From Mobula hypostoma (Eukaryota): DNA of 64,000 nt. Under the pieces are notes generated by a model. That model was not told the origin of the DNA. It ran no database searches and worked only from the letters and a program-made list of their open reading frames with translations. The translations under genes were made by a program, and so were the position numbers. The stretch lies in assembly GCF_963921235.1 (NCBI RefSeq), contig NC_086108.1, forward strand, positions 91,824,001 to 91,888,000. The letters are read 5' to 3'. This document shows, piece by piece, positions 12,151 through 22,465 of the stretch (within the stretch, counting starts at the first letter, position 1; the number at the start of each line of letters is the position of its first letter).

Positions 12151-15100
12151 TACCTCTTCCTCGAGACACCGCCTGGCCTGCTGCGTTCACCAACAACTTT
12201 GATGTGTGTTGCTTGAATTTCCAGCATCTGTAGAATTGCTCGTGTGAGGGAGAAAGTAAAGTCTGACGTAGCAATATTTCAGTGGAGTAAAGGAAATTAC
12301 AGTGCTATGAGAGAGGACGGTGAAAGTAAATTAGATGCTAGCAGGGATGACAGCAGAGCAGCAAGGGCTTGAGTTTCTAGGAAATATTAAGAAGATTCTG
12401 GATAGATGTAAAACGAGGAAATACCTAAATGGCAAAATAGTACAACCATGGCTGAGAAGGGAATTAAAAGCTAATGTAAAAGCAACAGAGGGGACATACA
12501 ACAAAGCAAAAATTAAGATAGAGGTTTGGGAAGCTTTTAAGAAACTACAGAAAGCAACAAGAATCATTAGGATACAAAAGATGAAATATGAAACCTAGCG
12601 AGCAAACAACATCAAGGTGGATAGAAAAGGACTTTTCAAGTATATTAAAAATAGAGAGGTGAGAGTGGATATAGGACCACTAGAAAATGGGGCCTGAGAA
12701 ATAATATTGGGGGACAAGGTGATGTCAGATGAACTAAATGAGTATTTTGCATCAGTCTTCACTGTGGAAGACACTAGCTGTGTGCCAGATGTTGAAGGGT
12801 GTGAGGGAAGAGAAATGAGTGCAGTTACTATTACAAGGGAGAAGGTGCTCAAAAACTTGAAAGACTTAAAGATACATAAGTCACCCAGACCAGATGAACG
12901 ATACCTTAGGGTTCTGAATGAGGTAGCGGTCGAGATTGTGGAGAAATAAGTAATGATTTTTCAAGAATCACTGGACTCTGACATAATTGTAAAATTGCAA
13001 ATGTCACTCCACTCTTAAAGGAGGAAGGCACCAGAAAGGAAATTATAGACCAGTTAGCCTGACCTCAGTAGTTGGGAAGATGTTGGAGTCAATTGTTAAG
13101 GATGAGGTTGTGGAGTACTTGGTGACACTGGACAAGATAGGACAAAAGTCTGCATGGTTTCCTCAAGAGAAAATCTTGCCTGATGAACCTGTTGGAATTC
13201 TTTGAGGCGAATACAAGTAGGATAGATAAAAGGGATGCCATGGATGTTGTATATTTGGATTTTCAGACGGCCTTCGACAGGGTGCCACACTTGAGGCTGT
13301 CTACCAAGTTAAGAGCGCATGGTATTGCAGGAAAGTTACTAGCATGGGTGGAGCATTGGCTGATTGGTAGGAGGCAGTGAGTGCAAATAAGATGATCCTT
13401 TTCTGATTGGCTGCCAGTGACTAGTGGTGTTTCACAGGAGTCAGTGTTGGGACCGCTTCTTTTTATGCTGTATATAAATGATTTAGATGATGGAATAGAT
13501 GGCTTTGTTGCCAATTTTGCAGATGATACGAAGATTGGTGGAGGGGCAGGTAGTGTTGAGGAAACAGGTAGAGTGCAGAAGGACTTAGACAGATTAAGAG
13601 AATGGGCAAGAAACTGGCAAATGAAATACAATGTTAGAATGTCTAGGGCAAGAGAAATGGAGAAATTTCTTTAACCAGAGGGTGGTGAATTTATGGAATG
13701 TGTTACCACGGGTAGCTGTGGAGGCCCGGTCATTGGGTGTATTTAAGGCAGAGATCGATAGGTTCTTGACTGGCCATGACATCAATGGTTAAGGGGAGAA
13801 GAGCAGGCAGTGGGGCTGAAGAGGGGAAAAATGAAGCAGCCACGATTGAATGGCAGAGCAGACCTGATGGGCCAAATGACCTAGTTCTGCTCCTGTGTCT
13901 TAAGGTCTTATGCCAAACACCTGCACCTCAACGTTGCACCCCTGGCTGTTGTGGATTTCCTCAGAGGTGCCATAACTGTGGAAGACCTCCTCGATGAGTC
14001 TCTCAGTGGTGGTGGTAATGTTTTGGTCCAGGTCATGTATGCCTCTGACCACTCTGTGAAGTAATCCATGGCCACGGGAACGTAGCAGTTCCCACTGTCG
14101 GTGCAGGGAATGGACCAAGGATATCCACCCCTACGCACTCCATTGGGGCCCCCACCAGGTACTGCTGCACTGGTGCCCTAGACAGGTGACCCATCCCCTT
14201 CTGGGACGTGCAAGTGTCGCAACAGTGCACAAACTGCTCCACGCCCTACCAGCTCCCAAGCCAATAGAAGTGTTTGCACAACTTGCCCAACGTCTTTGTG
14301 ACCTTGAAATGGCTTGCCCCCACCAACCCGTGCACCGACCGCAGCACCATGACTTCCCGGGGAACCTCCAACTGTAGGAGATGTCTGTCACCATCGAAAA
14401 ATCTGCCACCAACAGAACAACAACCCGTTGTGCACCTCCAGTGTGCCCCACTGAGAATATAGGGCACCAGGGCAGAGACTACTGCCCACTCTATCCGCCA
14501 TCCCAAGGTCAGCCATCTCCTCACACGGGCTAGCACAGGGCCACTCTCCTGCTCGCTGCGCAGCCGCTGGCCAGTGATAGGGAGGTCTACCTCGCCGCTG
14601 GCTGCCCCCTGAAGCGCCGCCACCGCCGCTTGTCCCTGGCTCTACTCGTCGAGCGGTGACAGTAACGACACTCGATGGCCTCACAGGGATGGAGAGGGAG
14701 TGTGACAGGATTGCTGTGCTGCCTTCCAACGAGGTGCTATACATTGAAATCATCGTCCTGTAGAGCCTCTGGTCACTGCGCCAGCTGCCCCTTGGGACCG
14801 CGGAAGCTCAAATGCCAGCTCAGCGACACATGCTCCGTCCAAGAGGTCGGGGCGGAACTGGTGGATGGCCATGAACACCCGACAGGTGACACAACAGTTC
14901 AGTTCAGGGCGGTTCAAATACGCCACAACGCGTTCGCCTTGGACCCCTTCTGTGACAGAACTGCGCCAAACCGTGCCATCCCCACCCCTGATGCTGGCAT
15001 CTGCAGCAATGAAGGGGCACGCTGGATTGGGGTATCCCTGCACCAGGGCCTAGGTGAGCACAGCTCAGAGCTGGTCGAAAGCCGCATTGCCGGTGTGAGT

Positions 15101-17464
15101 CCAGGTGAAGGGCCTCCCCTTCTCAGTGAGCTGGTGCAGGGGCCTGGCAATGGTGGCGGTCCTGGATAAACTGGCAGTAGTATGATGCCAGCCGCAGGAA
15201 GCTGCAAAGCTCAGAGGCATCACGGAGGGTGGGCCATTCCCTGAACACCGCCACCTCCTCAGGGTCCTTTGCCACTTCTTCCACACTCACTGCGTGGCCC
15301 TGGAGCTTGGACTGGTAGCACAGCAGCCAGCTTTTTGCGGGGTTGATGTTCGCCTGGCTAATGGCGCCAAAGACCTCTTCCAGCTTCTGCAGAGCATCAT
15401 CAAGAATGGCAGTGAGCACCAGGAGATCGCCCAAGTAGATGACACAGTGATTCCGTGGAATGTGAGCCTGCACCCTCTCCATTAGTCTCTCTATGTGGCC
15501 GGGGTGCTACACAGGCCATCCGGCATTACCCAGAAGTGCCTTAGCCCTAGACCAATGATGAAGGCAGCCTTGGGCCAGTTCCGCCTACCACTACGGAGAT
15601 AGAACCAGTTCAAAGCCGTGATACAGTACAGGGTGTCATCGATTAGGGGCAGGAGGGTAGGAGCCCTTCTGGGTCACAGCATTGAGACTGCGATAGTCTA
15701 TGCAGAACCGCCGTGACCCATCTTTCTTCCTGACCAGCACAGGCTGCCAGAGGATTTGATGGTGCCAGCTGCTGCCACCTCTTTGATCCACTGCTCCACA
15801 CTGCCAAACATTTGGCAAGGGCCAGGCTATGGGGCTGCAGGCAGTAGGTCTGGGCAACCCCTGTGTTGGACCAGCCCCGTCAGTCTACAAGTCTCATCCT
15901 TGGCTGCAAAGATGTCGAGGGGCTGGTCCAGGTAGTGGTCTTTCAGCTGCCATTGCTGGACCTGATCCACGCCCTCCTGCTCTGCCGCCCCTGTTCAAGC
16001 ACCACCTGGCTGGCCTTGCTGGAGGGCAGCACAGGAGGGCTGCCGATGTCAACACACTGCGCTGACGTGGTTGCTGATGACAGGGGGACGGCGAGCTGTG
16101 CTGGGGCGGCCGGTGATAGTGCATGTCACCCCGTCGCAGGTTTCAGAGTGGTGCTCTGGGTTGCGTCGGGCTGCGGCGGCGTGTGCTGCATTGAGCAGGA
16201 GCCCTATCAGACCGGTGGTGGTCATTGCTCGCTCGTCTGATCTACTTCCTGGAGCTGCCCTGCCGGAGAGCCACGGCTTCAGTGCACATTGAGACGGAAC
16301 CCGCAGTGGGACGACAGGTCCAGGCCAATGACGCAAGACTCCTGGATGTCAGTGAGCCACATCTCATGCTCCACTGTGTTTTTCCCCACTGTAATACACA
16401 GCCTCCTCTTCCCTCTCATCGCTGCACAATCACCAATGACCGTCGCCAGCTGGACCGCCATCATTGTCCACCCAGGCGGGGATAGCTGGTCTGTGTTGGG
16501 GAGGACACCAGGACTGATGATGATGATGATGATGTTTGACCCTTTGTCCACCAGAGCAAAGCATCTGATGCCCTCTACCACACAGTCTGCATATAAGCCT
16601 TGCCCTTCACCCAAATGGCCTACCCGGAGAGGTGACAACAGAAGGATTCTGCTGGAGGTCTTGGGTGGCCAATGGATACGCTGGGCTGCAGCGTAGCACT
16701 TGTTCGTGGCCACACTAGAGCGCCTCAGAGGTCTAAAGTTTCTTTTGCCCTCTCTGCCTCCACCAGCTCCTTGGCCAGCAATGATGGTGATGTCAGGCAA
16801 ACGTACTGCTGAAGGAGCACCGGTGTCAGCGCTTCACAAAGGCTTGGACAGCAAGCCTTTCCTGGGCAATGGGAGGGAACTGAGGGTAACCATGCCAACC
16901 ACAGTGGCCGAGATCTGCAGTGAATGCCCCCAGGCTTTCTACCACCCGGTGCCGCCTGCTGCCCAGCTCTTCCCTCATTGCTTCCTCCAATGGCCTCTGC
17001 TTGAAATGCCGCTACCAGGTCCTATAGAAAGCTGTTCAGCTGGTGTTAGATTGAGGAGAGCCTCAGAGGGCATCCACCTCCAATGTCAGGGCAAGGTGCA
17101 GCGCCCTGCACCCATTGTGCCATGCAGCAAGTTTGACTTGTGCCAGGTAAGGCTCCAGGCGGCCAGTACCATTACATCTGGGGAGCTTTAGGGTAGACCT
17201 TGTGGCATTAATTCCTGGGGCCCATTGGTGATGCACTTCACCATTTACCTCAGGTTGCAAAGCCTGGGTATGAATGCCCCATTGAGGTTCCCTAGCAAGG
17301 CATGTATTTGGTTTCCAGGTTCTCCCTGCGGGTCGGCACCCAGTCTTTGGAAACCTGGCCTGGCGATGCGGGGCAGACATAATGCTTGGTCCCTCCACTT
17401 ATTCCCCAGGTCTTAAAACGCTCCGTCCAACATCGTAGCTCTTAAGTTTTGCCATCAATTTTTG

Positions 17465-17482
17465 ATCCCACTTCTGACACCA
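17465..17482 (-). promoter_or_regulatory. Primer-binding site complementary to tRNA-Leu 3' end
   Basis: TGGTGTCAGAAGTGGGAT directly follows the 5' LTR on the minus strand. Confidence 0.85.
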
Positions 17483-17483
17483 A

Positions 17484-17805
17484 TATGGTGAGCATTTGGT
17501 CCCTGATGACAGACAACTACCATTTTTATTGCAACAAGCACAATAACAGGGAGAGGACAGCAGATGAGTGAGAAATAACCGGTGAGACTGGGGAGCAGAG
17601 TATTACACACCTGGGTACATTCGGGGCGACATATAAACACGCAAACGATCTGCTGTATAACCCGAGTTAAAATAAATGAACTTGAAAATGTCACCATAAT
17701 TCTACTGAACACACGCATCACAAACACGTTTTCAAACAAGAATAAGTAGCGCTGGCCGCTAAGAATGCTGGGGCAAGCTATTGATCCCACCCCCCGAGTG
17801 CCAAA
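17484..17805 (-). repeat. 5' LTR of the Gypsy element
   Basis: Adjacent to the PBS and homologous to 9394-9634; AATAAA on the minus strand. Confidence 0.75.
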
Positions 17806-18054
17806 ATACGAGTCAGGAGCAGGAGCAGGCTTTTCAGTCCCTCGTGCCTGCTCCATCTTTTAACAAAATCAGGGCGATCTGATTGCAATTTAAACTCCAT
17901 CGGGAAGGAGGTATAGGACCCTGAAGGCGTGCACTCAATGCTTTAGGGACAGCTTCTTCCCCCAGCAATTAGATTCCCAGAAGGTCTTTGAACCCATGCA
18001 CATGACTTCACTATTCCGCTTTCGATCTACTTAATTATTTTTTTTATTGTATCC

Positions 18055-18810
18055 TTGCAACCTTTGTACAAGTCTTTGATGAGGCCACACTTGGAGTGCT
18101 GTGTACGATTTTGGTACACAGGGAAGAGGTGGTTAAACTGGAAAGAGTGCAGAGAAGAACTACAAGGCTGTTGCCAGGGCCTGCGTTCTTGGGAGAGGTT
18201 ATGCAGACTGGGTCTTTATTCCTTGGAGTGTGAGAGAATGAGGGATAACCTTATAGAAATGTTTAAAATTATGAAAGGCATAGGTAAGATGGAGGGTAAT
18301 AGACTTTACCCCAGGGTAGGATATCCAAAACTAAGGGTGGGAGGTGCATAGTTTTAGGCTGAAAGTTGAAAAACTTGAAAGGGACCTGAACGGCAATGTT
18401 TTCCTGCTAAGGGTGGTGAGTATGTGCAATAAGCTGCTCGAGGAAATGGATGAGGCAGATGCAACAGCGTCTTTCAAGAAACACTTGGGTAAGTGGAAAT
18501 AACTTGGAAAATGAGCAGCTCTGGTGGTTGATGGTTCGGCTGTGGTGGACCCTGATCTTGATAATCCATTTGCAAACGTTTCGTTGGCATAAGAGGAGAC
18601 ATCATCAGTGTGCACTGATGATGTCTCCTCACACAGTGGTGGAACATTTGCAAGTGTATTGGCAAGATCAGTTTGTGGAGGAGAGGGGCCTGGAGGGATA
18701 TGGACTGAATGCAGGAAATTGGGGCTAACTATGTGGACAATGGAGTCACCATGGACTTGTTGGGCCAAAAGGCCTGTATCCATACTGTAATGCTCAATGA
18801 CTATGACTAT
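18055..18810 (+). mobile_element. CR1 LINE 3' fragment interrupted by a palindromic insert (about 18497-18672)
   Basis: LYKSLMRPHLECCVRFW...LGLYSLE...NLIEMFKIMKG; (TATGAC)-like tail. Confidence 0.8.
18552..18671. repeat. 120-bp inverted repeat with two head-to-head hammerhead-like cores (second Penelope-type family)
   Basis: Perfect 18-bp stem at 18593-18630. The minus arm reads CACTGATGATGTC...AACGAAACGTTTGCA. Confidence 0.7.
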
Positions 18811-19389
18811 AAATATACAGCTATTTACCTTTTTTCAACCATCCTTTGAGGAAGATCATTCCAAAGACGATGTCAAATACTAGAGGGCGTGTATTTAAGA
18901 TACAGTATATACAGCATATTTGACATGTTCATGTTCAACTGCTGAAGTAGAGTGCATGTGTATAGCATAAACTTTGACTGTGTATTAAGATGTATGGGGG
19001 AGAATGTTTTTTTTTCACTGAAACGCATAAAATCAAACTTCCTGGAAATCTACTGGAAGTGATGTGCCTTGAAGAGAGGGACTGTCTACTAGAGAAGATG
19101 TTGCTCCCCATTGCTTTTCCAGAGACCCTATCGGTAGGGTTTTAGAAGGTATGATCTTTGTTCAATGGACTGCATTGGTTATAAAAGTAAAATGCAGCAT
19201 TATAATGAGTATGGTCTATGTCTCATTGGTTTTATGTGCAAAAATGTGTAATATACTCAAGCTTGAAGATTGTTTAATGTCATTTCCAATACACAAGTAT
19301 AAAGAAGAATGAAATAATAATTACTCTGGCTCTGTTGCAGCACAAAACAAAACACAGTAAGACAATGAAGAGAATAATTTAAAAGAAAC

Positions 19390-19680
19390 ATGGCAACATG
19401 GTAGTGTAGTGGTTTACACAACACTTTACAGTACCAGTGACCCGGGTTCAGTTCCTGCCACTGTCTGTAAGAAGTTTGTATGTTCTCCCCATGACTGTGT
19501 AGGTTTCCTCTGGGTGCCCCAGTTTTCTCCCTCAGTCGAAGGTCATACTGGTTGGTAGGTTAACTGGTCATTGTAAATTGTTCCCTAATTAGACTAGGGT
19601 TAAATTGGGGGTTGCTAGGCAGTGCAGCTGGAAGGGCCAGGAGGGCCCACTCAACACTGTATCTCAATAAGTAAATAAAT
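19390..19680 (+). mobile_element. tRNA-derived V-SINE (HE1-like)
   Basis: A box TAGTGTAGTGG, B box GGTTCAGTTCC, V-domain-like GTTTGTATGTTCTCCCC...GGTTTCCTCTGGGTG, (TAAA)n tail. Related copies at about 1445-1685(-), 5600-5850(-), 20200-21060 (split), 45590-45840 and 51078-51340(-). Confidence 0.8.
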
Positions 19681-20329
19681 ACACAAGATAGATTATATAC
19701 ATAGATTGATTGTATGTGCTGTACTTAAAGTGATGCTAGGTAACGGAGTCAGTACAAAAGGCAAGGTAAAAAGAAAAAAAACATGTCTAGAAACGAAGAA
19801 AAGCATTTAAAAATGCCAATAGCAATATTATGTTTTGTCATCACCAGTCACATAATATAATAAAATATGTTAATTAAATCTCTAATACATCACTCCTATC
19901 AGATTAGAACAATATGTGAACCCAGATGAGTAATAAAATAGGTAGATGTAGCTCCCAGTCCTGCATGATAATAGCACCTCAACTGTCTCCTCCTTTTTTA
20001 AAACCAACAAATTTAATTGCAGACCTGGTTTTATTTTATTAGCAGCTCCATGGGAGAGTATTAACTGCAGATAGCAGCTCCCTGTCAGTTCTGTCTATGA
20101 TTAAACAAAGTGCATCTACATTTACCAAAGTGAACTTGTATGCTGCTAAAAGATCAGCTACTTTATAATGCAAACTGTGTTAGCTACTTTCTTATCCTAC
20201 CGCTGCTTGTAAGGAGTTTGAATATTCTCCCCGTGGCCTCATGGGTTTCATCCAAGAGCTTCAGTTTCCTCCCACAGTCCAAAGACATGCTGGTTGGTGG
20301 GTTAATTGGTCATTGCAAATGAGTAATGC

Positions 20330-20960
20330 TGCACTTGGAGTATTGTCCGCAAGGCAAATGCAGTGCTGGCATTTATTTCAAGGGGAATAGAATATAAAAA
20401 TAAGGAGATAATCCTGAAGCTTTAGAAGACACTAGTCAGGCCGCACTTTGAGTATTATCAACAGTTTTAGACCCCTTATCTCAAAAAGGATGTATTGTCA
20501 TTGGAAAGGTTCCAAAGAAGGTTCACAAGGATGATTCTAACATATGAGGCAGCTTTAGGCCTGTACTCACTGGAATTTAGAATCTCATTAAAACCTGCCG
20601 AATGTTGAAAGGACTAGATAGGGTGGATGTGCAGAGGATGTTCCCTCTGGTGGGTGTGTCCAGAACTAGAGGGCACAGCCTCAAAACTGAGGGGCAGCCT
20701 TACAGAAGGGATTTTCTTTTAAGCCAAAGAGTAGTGAATCTGTGGAATGCTCTGCCGCAGACTGCGGTGGAGGCCAAATCCATTGGTATACTTAAAGCGG
20801 AAGTTGATAGATTCCTGATTGGTCGGGGAATCGAGGGCTATGGTGAGAGGGCAGTTGTATGGGGTTGAACGGGATCTGGGATCAGCCATGATGAAATGGC
20901 GGAGTGGATCTGAAGTGCTGAATGGCCTAATTCTGCTGCTATGTCTTATGAATTTATGGT
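20330..20960 (+). mobile_element. CR1 LINE 3' fragment
   Basis: ORF 20602-20868 LKGLDRVDVQRMFPLVGVSRTRGHSLK...QRVVNLWNALP. Confidence 0.85.
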
Positions 20961-21861
20961 CTTAAATTGTACCTGGATTAGGCTTGGGTTAAATCAGAGA
21001 ATTGCTGGGCTCAATAGGCCAGAGGGGCCGATTCCACACTGCACTGCAATAAGTAAAATAATAAAAAAATAAAATATCCGGAGATAAACAGAGAACTTAG
21101 CACAAAGTTGTCAGTAGCACTTTTTAAACACACACAAAATGCTGGATGAACTCAGCAGGTCAGACAGCATCGATGTAAATGGATAAAGAGATGTTGTTTC
21201 GGGCTAAGACACTTCAACTCTTTATTCATATCCTCAGTTACTGACTGACCTGCTGATTTCCTCCAGCATTTTGCGTTTTACCCTGGACTTCCAGCTTCTG
21301 CAGAATCTCTTGCGTTCATAATCAGCATCAGGTTTAGCATCACTGGCATATGTCGTGAAATTTGTTAACTATCGCAGCAGTACAATGAAATACATAAGTA
21401 AATAAAGAGAACAAAAAAACTCAGTTACATTAAACATATATATTAAATAGTTAAGTGAAAATAAGCAGTGCAAAATAAAAAGAAATTTAAAAGTAGTGAG
21501 GTGGTGTTCATGGGTTCAATGCCCATTTAGAAATCAGACAACAGAGGGGAAGAAGCTGTTCCTAAATCACTGAGTGTGCACATAATTGTACAGAATGTCC
21601 CACATTTTGTTTTGAATATCGTTGTATTTAATTGCAAAAAAAATTAACCATTATGTTCTCACCATAAGCTTTTCGAGCTCATCACAGAACAATGATGTAG
21701 GTAGCACCCTTGCCGCTTGAAACTAACAATTCACAAGGGCTATACCACAAGAGCTATAATGTATCCTATTAAACATAAATTCATTTTTGCCTAATTAGTT
21801 TTTAATGAATGGCATAAACAGATTCTATTATGGGGCCCATTGGGTGCAATTTAAATCCTAC

Positions 21862-21996
21862 CTGTAGTGCTGACCATAATTCATCTGAAACTTCATCAAC
21901 CTTCAGTCTTATCAGTTTGTTCCAGGTTTGGAGTATGAATATTTTCACAAAGCCTCTTGTAGACTTGTCACATGCACATGCTGCCCAGACTCTCAA
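21862..21996 (-). CDS. Candidate internal coding exon of an unidentified host gene or pseudogene
   Basis: Acceptor ttgatctttcag, donor CAG|gtagga, 135 nt, phase 0-0. Only one frame is open: LRVWAACACDKSTRGFVKIFILQTWNKLIRLKVDEVSDELWSALQ. Not repeat-like. Confidence 0.55.
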
Positions 21997-22465
21997 CTGA
22001 AAGATCAATGAAGTGCATGTAAATATGCGACAAATGCAATCAGTGTTAGGTAACCGTCAGTCAGTGGTGCAGTAGCATCCACAACAGACATCGAGGTGAG
22101 TGGTCCCAAGTTCGAATCTGGCTGGCTTCTTGTATGCTTTCCACTTGTGCCATGTTGAACATCGAGCTAGCTCTGCGGCCTCATAAGAAAACGGTTAAAT
22201 GCTTAAAAAAAGTGGCAAGTCTGCCACCCAGCGCCTCACAAGGTGTGCATCGGAACTCCTATACCCAATAAAATGGCCACCAAATATATTTCAAGGTCTT
22301 CTGCTGCTCTGGCCCAGCCACTTCATGTTTTACCAAGTTGTGCATTCATATATGCTCTTTTGCACATCCTTTTTGTAACATGTGATTATTTGAGTTACTG
22401 TCATCTTCCTGTCAGCTTGAACCAGTATGGCCATCTCCTTTGACCTCGCTCATTAACAAGACATA

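Larger units (their letters stand above)
10778..12246 (-). mobile_element. Penelope-like element: GIY-YIG 3' fragment flanked by inverted pseudo-LTRs
   Basis: About 400-bp inverted repeats at 10778-11170 and 11812-12212; 15-bp TSD AGGGAGAAAGTAAAG at 10763-10777 and 12247-12261. Confidence 0.9.
10232..13912 (+). mobile_element. 5'-truncated CR1 LINE (APE endonuclease-RT) inserted in the Gypsy integrase
   Basis: WELKVQGYTLYRRD, TRGSAILDWVLCN...LGDSDHN, NLLEFFE...VYLDFQTAFDRVPH, SGVSQESVLGPLLF...FADDTKIGG; tail TAAGGTCTTATG; internal deletion near 13640. Confidence 0.9.
9394..17805 (-). mobile_element. Decayed Ty3/Gypsy LTR retrotransposon (gag-PR-RT-RH-IN), interrupted by CR1
   Basis: Protease FALVDKGS (16279-16800); [25 protein letters not shown] and VIYLGDLLV (15123-15857); RNaseH PFIAADAS/ERVVAY; integrase HHCC region (VHGLVGASHF...CDTC) and VGVDILGPFP; C-terminal RHWKEPGEV...ISDVVY at 9650-10230. 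Two related LTRs; flanks ATAT/ATAC. Confidence 0.9.

Noticed and set aside
14675..17416. Plus-strand ORFs of 60-164 aa
   Set aside because: Antisense shadows of GC-rich Gypsy gag-pol.
17465..17482. tRNA-Leu fragment
   Set aside because: Only the 18-nt 3' end next to an LTR, so it is a PBS.
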